Below are positions 10,285-20,787 of a DNA stretch of 64,000 bases, piece after piece. The stretch covers positions 32,001-96,000 of IMG/VR virus record IMGVR_UViG_3300013426_000019. The stretch is one strand, 5' to 3'. This stretch comes from a virus. Its lineage: Duplodnaviria > Caudoviricetes. The notes under the pieces are model-generated. The model worked only from the letters and a program-made list of their open reading frames with translations, was not told the DNA's origin and made no database searches. Numbering within the stretch: position 1 is the first letter of the stretch; each line of letters starts with the position of its first letter. A program made the position numbers and the translations under genes.

Positions 10285-11865
10285 ATGTTTGATTTAAAAG
10301 TAGGATTTACATGCAATAATAAGTGTATACATTGTGTGGTGGAGGGTAAAAAATCAACTAAGGATTTAACCTTGGAAGAAATTAAAGACATTGTAAATAG
10401 AGTTCCAGAAAGAGAGGGGATTGTACTTACAGGAGGTGAGGTAAGTATAAGAAAAGATTTTTACGATATTGTTAAATATTGTTTTGACAAGGGGCATAAA
10501 GTATGTATACAAACTAATGGTACAGGTTTTACAAAAGAGTTAACAGAAAAAATTGCCCCCTATCTTTCGCAGGTCTTAATAGCTATACATTCTTGCAATG
10601 AGGATATTCATAATAAAATCGTGCAATGTAAGGGTCCTGACTCCATGTATAAAAAAACAATGGAAGGTTTTAAAAATTTAATAGAAGCTGGGGTTAATTT
10701 AGAAACACAGACTGTAATATCCACGTTGAATATAAAGACTTTATATGATACGTATTCCATGATTCAAAAAATGTTGCCAATGTGTTTTATGCATCTGACT
10801 TATCCACACCCTATGGGAGGAGCTTACGACAATCATGAAATAGTATGTCCTAAGTATAGCAATATCAAAAAATATATCCTCCCGATCGTGAGGGATTTTG
10901 GAACAAGACTCGTAGTAGAGGCCATCCCCCCTTGTTATCTGCACCCCTGGTATCAATCCATTGAAATTTTAATGGATTCAGAAATTAAGAGAGGCTCTCT
11001 TTGTCGCAAAGGCTTTGATAAGAGTATTTCTGAATCTAATGAGACTGTACAAGATTATAATAAAAATGATGTAAATTCAAAAAGAAAAGGTCCTCTCTGT
11101 AGTGAATGTGCTTATAACTATGAGTGTATAGGCGTTTGGAAAGAGTATTTAGAATTTTATAGGGATAATTGTGATTTATATCCTGTTGAAGAAATAGATG
11201 ATAATTCTATAAATAGGGTTTATATTAAATTATCCGGGGCTACAGATCAATTCTTGTTGAATCAAATACTGTCCAAATATAAATATGAGGAAATTATTCC
11301 TTATGGAAATTTGAGAAGTAGCTTAAAAACTCTTAATTTTTTTAATTATAAATATATCAGACCTTATGTTTTAACCGAAAAAAATTTATACTTATTAGAG
11401 GAATTTAAAGATATTAATCTCCATATAGAAAAGGATACTCATTTTTTAGATTTTCTTATAAAGAATAATTATAAAAATAATTTTTATGTTGATTTTGATA
11501 TTTTAAATAGAACTTTTGAGGAAGTAGAACCTATTTTGAATAAACTATCACAATTGAATATTGGATATTGTAGAATTTTCCGGAGTAAAGGTGAAAATAT
11601 AGAAGATGGCAAAGAATCTTTTGCTATTTTAAACAAAATTAATAAAATTAGAGATAACTACCCTTATCAAATATTATTTGTGAATGCTCAAAATTGCAAC
11701 TTTGATGAATGTACTTATTTAATTCAAACATTACGTGATGTTTATATTGAAATAACTGACAAAATAATAGAGAATAAAATCGACAGCGATCTGTTTAAAA
11801 CAAAATGTTGCTTGAATTGCACTTTTGATTCTAGGTGTTTTGGTTTTAAAAAAGGAGGACTCTAA
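10285..11865 (+). CDS. radical SAM protein (HxsC-like) with degenerate C-terminal extension
   Basis: DLKVGFTCNNKCIHC, LTGGE, QTNG, IPPC, CSEC..YECIGV; start moved to ATG 10285 after AAGGAG. Confidence 0.88.
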   Translation: MFDLKVGFTCNNKCIHCVVEGKKSTKDLTLEEIKDIVNRVPEREGIVLTGGEVSIRKDFYDIVKYCFDKGHKVCIQTNGTGFTKELTEKIAPYLSQVLIAIHSCNEDIHNKIVQCKGPDSMYKKTMEGFKNLIEAGVNLETQTVISTLNIKTLYDTYSMIQKMLPMCFMHLTYPHPMGGAYDNHEIVCPKYSNIKKYILPIVRDFGTRLVVEAIPPCYLHPWYQSIEILMDSEIKRGSLCRKGFDKSISESNETVQDYNKNDVNSKRKGPLCSECAYNYECIGVWKEYLEFYRDNCDLYPVEEIDDNSINRVYIKLSGATDQFLLNQILSKYKYEEIIPYGNLRSSLKTLNFFNYKYIRPYVLTEKNLYLLEEFKDINLHIEKDTHFLDFLIKNNYKNNFYVDFDILNRTFEEVEPILNKLSQLNIGYCRIFRSKGENIEDGKESFAILNKINKIRDNYPYQILFVNAQNCNFDECTYLIQTLRDVYIEITDKIIENKIDSDLFKTKCCLNCTFDSRCFGFKKGGL

Positions 11866-12449
11866 TGAAAAACATAGGATTGAATAAAACGAGCTGGTCA
11901 GACCCTGAAAAACGGAATTATATTAATTCATGTTTACAGTCAGAAGGAATTATTAGATTTCAGTTTATGCCAAATACATTTTTAAATGTGGTCGAGCATT
12001 TAGAGGATTTAGAAACTTTAGAGCCTCTGCGGGAGATGAATATATATACTCTTTCTCCAAAGGAAGGTAAAAATCAGATTACTGTCAAAAAAGCTTCTGT
12101 AGAACTTAATGTGTTTTTAGGGGAGGGACTTAAAATAAAATCCCCTATCGAAGTAGATTTTTTTACTTTTGTATATATATGTGATGAAATTAACATCCTC
12201 TCTAATTTGATTTCTTTTAAAAAATTATTAAAAGAGTATAATATAGAGGGAAAAATAGAAGGTGACCTTATCTCTCTGGGGGACAGCACTAGATCTGATG
12301 TACTTATTCGCTGTTTCAATTATCACACAACTTCCAATTTACTTAAAACTCTTGTTTTTTGTGATACAAGTAAAATACTCAAAGAGGAGAAGGAACGCAT
12401 ACGATTCAATGAGAATTTATTAGAAATATTAGAAAGAGGAGAAGTTTAA
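11865..12449 (+). CDS. hypothetical protein
   Basis: ORF with GGAGG RBS; positional equivalent of 51135..51824. Confidence 0.6.
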   Translation: MKNIGLNKTSWSDPEKRNYINSCLQSEGIIRFQFMPNTFLNVVEHLEDLETLEPLREMNIYTLSPKEGKNQITVKKASVELNVFLGEGLKIKSPIEVDFFTFVYICDEINILSNLISFKKLLKEYNIEGKIEGDLISLGDSTRSDVLIRCFNYHTTSNLLKTLVFCDTSKILKEEKERIRFNENLLEILERGEV

Positions 12450-12451
12450 TT

Positions 12452-12799
12452 ATGATATATGATATAAATAGATGTAGTCGCTGTGGAAAAAAGTTTGAGG
12501 ATTTAAGGTTATCCATTAGACTGGATATTTTCACTGAGAGGTTAAAAGAAACGGGAGTTTGGGAAGAAATTCCTAACTTAACTCAAGTATCTACAGAAAC
12601 ATTATGCCCCGAATGCTTTGATAGGTTCGTAGATGCCATGGCTTCTCTTAACGTTCCTCATGAGATTCATGAGGAAATGCTAGAAGAAGCTGTAAATGAT
12701 GTCGCAAGTATCTATCCTGTAGAACCTGCCCTAGGAAATTCTCAAGTTTTTCCAGATCAGCCAAAATCCGAAAATAAAATTTCCTTAGTAGAAGACTAA
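12452..12799 (+). CDS. small zinc-finger protein
   Basis: CSRC...CPEC; paralog of 51835..52107. Confidence 0.7.
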   Translation: MIYDINRCSRCGKKFEDLRLSIRLDIFTERLKETGVWEEIPNLTQVSTETLCPECFDRFVDAMASLNVPHEIHEEMLEEAVNDVASIYPVEPALGNSQVFPDQPKSENKISLVED

Positions 12800-12827
12800 G
12801 AATATTTTAAAAGGTATTGATTTATTT

Positions 12828-13832
12828 ATGGAATTTAAATATAAATTATGTGCCTATGCTATTTGTAAAAATGAGTCTCAATTTATTGATAGATGGGTAG
12901 ATTCGATGAGTGAGGCAGATTATATATGTGTATTGGATACAGGCAGCACTGATGACTCTTTTTTAAAATTAAAATTAAGGGGAGTTCATACAGAACAAAG
13001 AATATTTGAACCTTTCGATTTTAGTGTTGCCAGAAATGAATCTTTAAAATTAATCCCTAGTTGGTGTGATCTCGCAATTTGGGTTGATTTAGATGAATAC
13101 ATGGAGCCAGGCTGGCGCTCCATATTAGAAGCAAATTTTTATGGGCTTATGATGGATGTAATAAGGTCTAATCCCATAGAGGACTTTAGCGGCAAACCTT
13201 TAGAAAGGATGGATTCAATATGTTGCCAACGTATTCACAGAGTAAATTATAATAACAGTAAATTAAAATTTGTTAATCCAGTGCATGAAGGCTTAGTAGA
13301 TTTAAATAACTTAAATTATAGAAGTTCCCTTATAAAGGGTCTTAAGTTAATCCACACTCCTGATTATAGCAAAAGCCGTATTTTTTATAAAGATTTAAAG
13401 ATTTCAAAAGAAAAGGCTTCAATCGAGAAAGCTTTAAAAAATAAGGATAATTTAAAGATTTATTTTAAGGGTATAAGAAATTTTATAGATGATTATACTA
13501 ATCCTATAGATCCTAATTGTGATTTATTTAAAGAATATAAAAATGTTATCTGTGACAGATTATTAAAATTAAAAACAGGGTATCCTTTTGCCATTTATCT
13601 TTTGTGCCTATTGAATTTTTTAGAAACAAATCAAATCCCTCGAGATTTAAGTTTTGAGTTATATAAGAGGAGCCCGATTTGGTATTCTAGATTTATATTG
13701 ATTATGTGGGTCTGGAGTGATAAGAACTTGAGGAAAGGGAATCCTAGATACAGGGAAATATATCAATTGATAACCAATAAGGAGCCTTCTTTGCTAGAAA
13801 TAAGCAGGATCCAAAATTACATAGAGGTATGA
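12828..13832 (+). CDS. glycosyltransferase family 2
   Basis: ICKNE, VLDTGSTD, FSVARNESL, DLDE (DxD), VHE. Confidence 0.9.
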   Translation: MEFKYKLCAYAICKNESQFIDRWVDSMSEADYICVLDTGSTDDSFLKLKLRGVHTEQRIFEPFDFSVARNESLKLIPSWCDLAIWVDLDEYMEPGWRSILEANFYGLMMDVIRSNPIEDFSGKPLERMDSICCQRIHRVNYNNSKLKFVNPVHEGLVDLNNLNYRSSLIKGLKLIHTPDYSKSRIFYKDLKISKEKASIEKALKNKDNLKIYFKGIRNFIDDYTNPIDPNCDLFKEYKNVICDRLLKLKTGYPFAIYLLCLLNFLETNQIPRDLSFELYKRSPIWYSRFILIMWVWSDKNLRKGNPRYREIYQLITNKEPSLLEISRIQNYIEV

Positions 13833-13838
13833 ATAATA

Positions 13839-13860
13839 AGGGCTAGTGAGAACTGGCCCT
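13839..13860. terminator. hairpin between convergent genes
   Basis: AGGGCTAG-tgagaa-CTGGCCCT. Confidence 0.55.
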
Positions 13861-13881
13861 CCTATCTACACTTACTACAAC

Positions 13882-15087
13882 TTACAAGCTACCTCTCAAC
13901 ACTCCTGATGCTTTAGTTAGCTTCTTAAGGACTTCAACAACCTCTTGTTCCTCTCTAACGCCTTCTTCAATTAGGTAGTTATAGTCTACCTGGCCTGGTA
14001 TATCTGATTTAGATTGTCGCCTTAGATTACCAAACAGTTGTTTAACCTTAGCCTGGCATAACTTAATAGCGTTATCTCTCTGAGCGAACTCAACATCCCC
14101 AAAGCTATTAGACTTAATACCCCACCACACATTGAACTCCCCCTCGATGTTAGAGTAGATAGTAATATATCTATAAGGTTCGATGTTAGTGATATTACCT
14201 TCATCATCTCTAGTTATTTTAGAACCCTCATAAGGACCTTCGTAGTGTACCCTACGTCTATAGTTAACCAAACCTTGCATTGCAGCATTGTTGAGAAGTA
14301 GGGTATTACTTCTATTAGCACTTCTAAGAGGACTACCAAACACACTAACATCGTTCATACCTTGCCCAATCTCTAGGTAAGGAGATATTTGTGTACTCCA
14401 TATAAGAGGGTTAGTAACATTACTATTAGCAGAGCCTGCTTGCTGCAAAGACAACCCCACAACACCATAGGCATCACTCGGCATATCAACGTTCTGGACG
14501 TTAGTAGTAACATTGACAATCTCGGGTCTAGTATGAGGGCACCACTTAAACATAATCTCGAGTGCAGGTCTAAGTGCAAGTTTACAGATCTCTTCTCTTG
14601 TAAACTCTAACTCCTCCTCTCTTATAAATGGTACACCCATACAAGACATAATAGTCTCATAATCCTCATCAGATATTGTGATGCTATCATTCTTCTCGTA
14701 GAGCTCCTTAAATGGGATGAAGTTAGGATTAACAGGAACATCTTTAAGACCGCTCAGCTCCTTCTTAGTTAAGACAACGTAGAAGTGTGATGATACAATG
14801 TTATTGCCGAATGATATCTCACCATAATCAGAGTCTATAAGTGTAGCATTATTCCAATTGAGGTTACCAATATACTCCTTATCACAATATACGAGACAAC
14901 TTATCAAGGCACTATTAGGATAGCCAGCATCTCCTGCCTCTATTCTATATATCATTCCCTCATTATATATACGGGTTGACTTCTTGATTGTGATTCCACC
15001 TAGAGCTTGCCAAGCATCTCTAATATTAGAGAGAGTAGGAGGATTAGAGAATCTATAACTCCTTAGTATATCGAGCTTAGAACTCAC
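13882..15087 (-). CDS. putative neck/head-completion protein (T4 gp13-like)
   Basis: MGVPFIREEELEFTREEICKLALRPALE resembles the gp13 neck motif; near terminase. Confidence 0.5.
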   Translation of the reverse strand: MSSKLDILRSYRFSNPPTLSNIRDAWQALGGITIKKSTRIYNEGMIYRIEAGDAGYPNSALISCLVYCDKEYIGNLNWNNATLIDSDYGEISFGNNIVSSHFYVVLTKKELSGLKDVPVNPNFIPFKELYEKNDSITISDEDYETIMSCMGVPFIREEELEFTREEICKLALRPALEIMFKWCPHTRPEIVNVTTNVQNVDMPSDAYGVVGLSLQQAGSANSNVTNPLIWSTQISPYLEIGQGMNDVSVFGSPLRSANRSNTLLLNNAAMQGLVNYRRRVHYEGPYEGSKITRDDEGNITNIEPYRYITIYSNIEGEFNVWWGIKSNSFGDVEFAQRDNAIKLCQAKVKQLFGNLRRQSKSDIPGQVDYNYLIEEGVREEQEVVEVLKKLTKASGVLRGSL

Positions 15088-15521
15088 CTAGCTACCTCCT
15101 TCTTGTAAGGGTTATCCCCTATAACTCTAATGGCTGTCTTAATAGGGATAACATACTCTATAACTAAGGATCCCTCCTTAGTATCAATACTAACCTTCTT
15201 GAGATGTGCATCTTCAATAGATAGTGCCTTAGTAAGAGTCTCCGTATCCTCATTGATAGCTTCAATAGGAGCTTCGGGCACCTTAAAGTAACCTACATCA
15301 TATACAATACTACAATGCAGTCCACTCAAACCTTCCTTAATATTAACAAGCTGTGATACGTTAATACTGCTACCCTTAATACCCTCTAAGTCTCCAAGCA
15401 TATCCTTAAGAGTACTCTCAATACGAGGCAAGATAGTATATCTAATAAGGTCACAAGTAGATGGTAACTCTACTGTGGCGAAGTTCTCAAAGTCATTATA
15501 ATTACCAGCTGTAAATGTCAT
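15084..15521 (-). CDS. hypothetical phage protein
   Basis: AGGAG RBS and ACTAATT motif upstream. Confidence 0.65.
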   Translation of the reverse strand: MTFTAGNYNDFENFATVELPSTCDLIRYTILPRIESTLKDMLGDLEGIKGSSINVSQLVNIKEGLSGLHCSIVYDVGYFKVPEAPIEAINEDTETLTKALSIEDAHLKKVSIDTKEGSLVIEYVIPIKTAIRVIGDNPYKKEVAR

Positions 15522-15618
15522 TACACAAACTCCTAGTCACTTAATAATTAGTTGAGGCTTAATAATCACAAATCGCAAGGGGAAGATTAGAGGCTTTGAA
15601 GTGTATATTATATACATT

Positions 15619-15975
15619 ATGACAACATTTAAATTAGACGAAGATACAAAGAAGACAATATTAGAGATAAGCACACTTAGTGGGTATACTCAGAATGTAG
15701 TAAGGGAAGTCTTAGAATACCTCGCCTACTCTTGGGCAATCAAAATTGTAGATAATCCAAACAAGTATGCCCCTCTCAGCGTACCATACTTAGGTACAGT
15801 TAATGTTAAGTACAGGAAGGATGAGATTACACCAGAAGGAGGTATAGACACTCAAGTAGACGTATTGGTGGCCTTAAGTTCAGGGTTCAAGAAGTTGGTA
15901 GGTGACTTACATGATGAGGGATACTCTGAATTGGTGCCTATTATGCAGAAGAAGATCGAATATGCCAGAGAATAA
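15619..15975 (+). CDS. HU/IHF-like DNA-binding protein
   Basis: ILEISTLSGYTQNVVREVL ... VPYLGTVNVKYRK pattern; ATG 15619 preferred. Confidence 0.5.
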   Translation: MTTFKLDEDTKKTILEISTLSGYTQNVVREVLEYLAYSWAIKIVDNPNKYAPLSVPYLGTVNVKYRKDEITPEGGIDTQVDVLVALSSGFKKLVGDLHDEGYSELVPIMQKKIEYARE

Positions 15976-16085
15976 TACCCAACTTAATATTATGCTAAGA
16001 TTGACCACTAATTAAGAGAACAATAATAGTTAATTGTGCCTCCTTATACTATAGGAGGAGATATAATAAGTTAAGAGGGCTTTAG

Positions 16086-16874
16086 ATGGCAAAGAATATT
16101 GAGAAGTTATATTCAGATCTCTTCAAGTTAAGAGACAGTTTAAGTGATATTGTAGATGAAGCTAAGGACATTGCTTCAGATTCAAGGGAATATCCAGGCT
16201 TAATTGGCAACGTACTCTCTGAGCAGATTCAGAAGTACTTCATCCCATCAATTATGGCACTACAGGAAGACACTACAAAGCCAGGAAGCTTAGCAGGTGT
16301 TATTAAGTTCTTAGATGCAGTACCACTTGCATATACAAGAGATAAGGAGATTACATCCCCGACAGATCCAATCATCCCAGAGAATGCAAATATTGAAGCA
16401 CCATCAGGATCATCTATTGTGGATTCTAATACACCTGGAGAAGAGCCTACTGAAGAAGAACCAGTAGCAGCTGAACCAGAGAGTGTAGATGAGTTACCAC
16501 TTAATGCATCATATGCCAAACCAGAAGGTGAAGAGATGAGACCTGTTGAAGAGGTGTCAGCTGAAGAACCTGTTGAACCAATTAGAGACAATGTTGAAGA
16601 GTCTACTAAGAGATCAGCAAATCGCAAGAAGTTAGAGGGTAAGGCTTGTCTATATAGAATCAGTCCCGAAGCAGGCACAGGATATATTGATAAGAACGGT
16701 AAGCTCTATACAGAAGCAGAGTTTGTTGAGAAGGCATCCAGGAGACCAACATTGTTCTTATTTGAGAGTAAGAGAGAGGCTCAGAAGTATATTACAATGA
16801 ACTCAGATTTACTTAATAGTAAGGTAAGTGAGAGCTGCAAGGACAAGGTCTTGTACACAAGTAAGAGTCTATAA
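16086..16874 (+). CDS. hypothetical acidic protein, possible head-internal protein
   Basis: Pro/Glu-rich linker, xxES motifs, ACTAATT upstream. Confidence 0.55.
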   Translation: MAKNIEKLYSDLFKLRDSLSDIVDEAKDIASDSREYPGLIGNVLSEQIQKYFIPSIMALQEDTTKPGSLAGVIKFLDAVPLAYTRDKEITSPTDPIIPENANIEAPSGSSIVDSNTPGEEPTEEEPVAAEPESVDELPLNASYAKPEGEEMRPVEEVSAEEPVEPIRDNVEESTKRSANRKKLEGKACLYRISPEAGTGYIDKNGKLYTEAEFVEKASRRPTLFLFESKREAQKYITMNSDLLNSKVSESCKDKVLYTSKSL

Positions 16875-16895
16875 TAATTATATAATTATTATATA

Positions 16896-16918
16896 AGGGA
16901 GGTTATTAAGACCTCCCT
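16896..16918. terminator. bidirectional terminator hairpin
   Basis: AGGGAGGT-tattaag-ACCTCCCT between convergent genes. Confidence 0.65.
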
Positions 16919-16922
16919 GTTA

Positions 16923-18347
16923 TTATAATCTAAATCCATTAAGAGCCATAAACTTCTTAAGTTGTTCAGTGGAGCGTTGCCTATTACTCTCTTTAAGGTT
17001 AGCAGGTAGAGTCTGAACGCTCTTAGGATCCCAATTAACTTGGGCAACGGGGTACTCCTTAGAACATAATTCAACTACGGCGGCAACGGAGTCACTAACG
17101 TCCTTACCGTAGTAACCAATGTATGAACTATCCCAATTAGGGTCTCCTGTTAGAACCTGTGCAGCCGAAGAGTCATGATCTATCTTAACGCCTTCAGACT
17201 TAGCTCTATGTACAATATACAAACTCTTAAGATTGTTCTTCAGGAAGATGTTCTTACCTGCAACAATCTTACGGCGGTTCATTAGAGATATTAAGTTAAG
17301 ATAAGGACCTGTAGTTCTATCTACACTCAAGTTCTCAACTTCAAACTTATCCCTCTTAAGATTCTGCACAGTAACAGCACTTTGGAATCTATCGAAGCTA
17401 ACCTTTGTAATATTGATATTACCCTTACTTCTAAGGTCCCTTATAAACTCCTCAATAGCTGCTAAGTTAACTCTCTCCTTACCCGGTACAATTGCAATAG
17501 TGAAGTCTACTACATATATAAGCTCATCTGAATCTCTATCCCTTTCTACATGAGCCATAGATATAGATGTAACGTCTGTAACTTCAGATTGGTCAACACT
17601 TATACATCTTGATAAGTAAGGTAGATAGTAGTACTCATAACGACCAGCCTTATTAATGAAGAAGGTATCCTTTATTTGACTCCATATTAACTCTTTAGGA
17701 CTGGCGCTTGCGGGTGCAGATATATTAAGATATATGTTCCTGAGGTTATTATCAAACATATCTTCGATTATATTATAATCTGTAATAAGACTATCAGCAG
17801 CACCTGCAGGTATACCCCCAAAGTCCTTAAGTGACTTAATTAAGTCATCTTCAAAGTAACTTCTTAACTTACCATCAGGGCCCTTAGAAGGTACCTCAAT
17901 AATCTTAGACCTATCAGCTGTAGGATCTTGCAACATAGGATCTAGAGGATCTAGTATACGGGGAGGTTGCCCCTTACCACCTGTAAATATCTTGAAGGTA
18001 TCATGGTTCTTGAAGTCTTGCTCATATTCTTTAGGATTCCACTGCCATACAGATCCCTTAACAACATAATAATTAGGGTCCTTAGATGCTTCATACCATA
18101 TCCAACTCTCTAGCGGAGAGGTGAGGCTGTTAGGTGATGAGTCAAGGATACTTACACCATAATAGTTACCCTTCATACGTGAGTAGATACGACCCTTTGT
18201 ATCGTTGTAGATGCGGAGGATGTAGTCATCAGAGTTATGAGTGATAAGGCCATTAGCTAGAGCGAACAGACCATCGGGATTATCTACCGTTATACATTTC
18301 TGAGGTATTTTTTCTCCTACTTTTTTAATACTCTTTACTTTAGGCAT
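16923..18347 (-). CDS. terL: terminase large subunit, C-terminal part, with N-terminal split-intein C fragment
   Basis: MPKVKSIKKVG...CITV...LITHN|S, then ILDSSP coupling motif, nuclease ISVDQS, VSFDRFQS, KDVSDSV; GGAG RBS before ATG 18347. Confidence 0.85.
   Translation of the reverse strand: MPKVKSIKKVGEKIPQKCITVDNPDGLFALANGLITHNSDDYILRIYNDTKGRIYSRMKGNYYGVSILDSSPNSLTSPLESWIWYEASKDPNYYVVKGSVWQWNPKEYEQDFKNHDTFKIFTGGKGQPPRILDPLDPMLQDPTADRSKIIEVPSKGPDGKLRSYFEDDLIKSLKDFGGIPAGAADSLITDYNIIEDMFDNNLRNIYLNISAPASASPKELIWSQIKDTFFINKAGRYEYYYLPYLSRCISVDQSEVTDVTSISMAHVERDRDSDELIYVVDFTIAIVPGKERVNLAAIEEFIRDLRSKGNINITKVSFDRFQSAVTVQNLKRDKFEVENLSVDRTTGPYLNLISLMNRRKIVAGKNIFLKNNLKSLYIVHRAKSEGVKIDHDSSAAQVLTGDPNWDSSYIGYYGKDVSDSVAAVVELCSKEYPVAQVNWDPKSVQTLPANLKESNRQRSTEQLKKFMALNGFRL
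18234..18347 (-). other. split intein C-fragment (38 aa)
   Basis: Block F QKCITVDNPDGLFAL, block G NGLITHN followed by Ser+1. Confidence 0.9.
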
Positions 18348-20406
18348 TTTTTCTCCATATATATTTTTTAGATCCTGCACCCCAAATCGTGAACAACATA
18401 CTCTCTTCGAGCTGCTTTCTCTTTTTAGGGTTTCTATTTACTTTGTGCTCAGACTTGTCCACGTAGAACTTATCAGGGCCAGTATATCCTATAAGCTTCA
18501 TTCCCAATGCTTCGTAACCCTTACCATCGAACTTATTGTAGTCACAATAGGAGAACACGGCGTCGGGATTATATTCCCTTACAAACGCCTTGAACAATTT
18601 AGATACCCCACCTACAACCTGGTTGTTACTTCCCGGACATCCTCTTATAATTTCCCAATCGTTCTCGCCCTTAAGATTTCGATTATACTTACATTTCGAG
18701 AAGGACATGAGCTGTTGCAATTCATTATTATAGTATAAGCCGTATGTTACTTCAGCATTTCTATGTCCTTGCAAGTGGTTCTTTTCATTGAAGGCCTTAG
18801 CTTCTTTATTATCTATTTTCCTTACTTCACATTTTCTAGCCCCTATTTTGGAGTAGCCACAACCCAAGGCTATTCTTATAAGGGACTCTAATTTTTCTCT
18901 CATATATTTCCACTCACACTCATAGATATGTATTAGCCTTATTCCATACTCTTCACATATCTTAGATTTTGTTTCGTGGTATTTCTTCTCTTTATTTTCA
19001 GAGCAGTGCCAGAAGTCACCATTATATTCTATTGCAACCTTTTTCTCAGGTATATACATATCAAGTTCATAGGTATAAGGTTTCAAGATATTCCTTACAT
19101 TTTCCAGAACCTCTCCTTTATACACACTCTTAATGAACTCGAGTATTTCTTTCTCTGTGTGTGATACATTACTATGGCCTATTCTATAATATTCTTTAAT
19201 TTGAGGCAAGTATTCATTAGACACAAAGCAATAGGATTTACTTTTTAAGAGGGGTAGATCTAATTTAAGCCAGCCCTGCCCATATTTTTCTATTAGAGTA
19301 GTTAATCTAGTGCAGTTGTTTTCTTTCTCAAAGATTTCAGCTTTTCTATCTATTGTTGCTTTCATCCTCTCAGCATGACCTTCTCTTTGGCTTATATTAT
19401 CTTCTACACCATATTTTTCTCTGATAGTGTTTTTAATTTTCTGCTTAACTTGTTCATTTTTAAGGGGCGACGTCGACCCATATTTTTCAAGGCAAGTCTT
19501 TTCTCTTTTTTCTTTGCTTATCTTATTAGCCAATTCTAGAGATCCATATTTTTCAATTTTAGTAGCTTTGGTTTTTTCTTGTATTTCAGCCCAATAGTTA
19601 GGATTCTCTTCTAAGTTTTGCTTCATAGTTTCAGCTACTTTCGCCTTGAACTCAGGTACATCCATTACATTGTCAACGCCATATTTATCCAGCAGAGTTT
19701 GTTTTATTTTTTCATTGGCTACTTCATAGGCATTTTCTAGAGACCCATATTTTCCAATTTTAGTAGCTTTAGATTTTTCATTTCTATTTTTCCAGAAGTC
19801 AGGGTTCTCTTCTAGTTTTTGTTTTATGGTTTCTTGTCTCTTTTCTATTGTACCAGGTATATCTGTTACCTTTTCTACACCATATTTTTCTGTAATAGTA
19901 TTTTTGAGATTATTATTCATAATAGCATAGGCATTTTTTAGAGATCCATATTTCTCTATCTTTGTCGCCTCAGCTTTCTTTTTTCTATTTTCCCAGAACT
20001 GTGAGTCTTTTTCAGCTGATTTTTTCTTGATGTTTTCTCGAGCAATCTTTAGTTGGCTGGGGTTGGTTATATTATCCCAATCTTCATCAGGATATTTTTC
20101 CCTAAGAGTATTCATCTGCTTTTGATATCTGATTTTATTTGCATTTTCTAGAGATCCATATTTCTCTATTTGAGTAGCTATTCTTTTTTTATTTTTCTCT
20201 TCCCTGAACGTCTTATATTCTTCAGGATGCTTATCCCAATACGCCTTTTGTTCTTGCGCTTTCCTTTGCTGTATAATAGATCTATTCTTTTTAAGCAATT
20301 CTTGATTTGTCTTCTTGCACTCTGAGCATATACAGAGGAGAGGATCTTTTTCGTAAGTACTCTTATTTTCTTTTCCACATACTATGCAATTATATCTATA
20401 TATCAT
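18340..20406 (-). CDS. free-standing homing endonuclease (Vsr/PD-(D/E)XK-like) with N-terminal Zn finger and EKYG repeats
   Basis: SHTEKEI, ELDMYIPEKKVAIEYNGDFWH, IRLIHIYECEW; repeated TKIEKYGSL/EKYGV units; lies between the intein halves. Confidence 0.8.
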   Translation of the reverse strand: MIYRYNCIVCGKENKSTYEKDPLLCICSECKKTNQELLKKNRSIIQQRKAQEQKAYWDKHPEEYKTFREEKNKKRIATQIEKYGSLENANKIRYQKQMNTLREKYPDEDWDNITNPSQLKIARENIKKKSAEKDSQFWENRKKKAEATKIEKYGSLKNAYAIMNNNLKNTITEKYGVEKVTDIPGTIEKRQETIKQKLEENPDFWKNRNEKSKATKIGKYGSLENAYEVANEKIKQTLLDKYGVDNVMDVPEFKAKVAETMKQNLEENPNYWAEIQEKTKATKIEKYGSLELANKISKEKREKTCLEKYGSTSPLKNEQVKQKIKNTIREKYGVEDNISQREGHAERMKATIDRKAEIFEKENNCTRLTTLIEKYGQGWLKLDLPLLKSKSYCFVSNEYLPQIKEYYRIGHSNVSHTEKEILEFIKSVYKGEVLENVRNILKPYTYELDMYIPEKKVAIEYNGDFWHCSENKEKKYHETKSKICEEYGIRLIHIYECEWKYMREKLESLIRIALGCGYSKIGARKCEVRKIDNKEAKAFNEKNHLQGHRNAEVTYGLYYNNELQQLMSFSKCKYNRNLKGENDWEIIRGCPGSNNQVVGGVSKLFKAFVREYNPDAVFSYCDYNKFDGKGYEALGMKLIGYTGPDKFYVDKSEHKVNRNPKKRKQLEESMLFTIWGAGSKKYIWRKNA

Positions 20407-20475
20407 ACTATAATTAGTATAACAACTTGCTACTAGGACTGAGTATAATAGGTGGTCTTATATTTAGAGAAGCAC

Positions 20476-20787
20476 TCAATTTTCAATTTGAGGTATGTCG
20501 AACTCTATTTCGGGGTGGTCTATCATATATTGGGTTGTTACTACCTCGTCGTGGTATATGTTGTTTTCATCCCAATATGTTACTCTCCACTTATGATTGG
20601 CATTACACCTAACAGTTCGGCCGTCTTCTACCTCTATCTCATATAAGTCATCTTCACCCTGCCAAGGTATATTGATTACTTCGGTCTCACCGCAATAAGG
20701 GTGCAGTAACTTATCCCCTACTCGAACATCTCTCATAGATTTAAGTGTACTATCAGCCATAACAACTTGCTCATTTAAGTCTAGGGC
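20476..20787 (-). other. split intein N-fragment (103 aa, Ala1)
   Basis: Block A ALDLNEQVVMADS, VRVGDKL, block B GRTVRCNANHKW. Confidence 0.9.

Noticed and set aside
18340-20475. Group I intron interrupting terL
   Set aside because: Only ~70 nt is non-coding, and the downstream half has its own RBS/ATG and IntC; a split intein explains the layout
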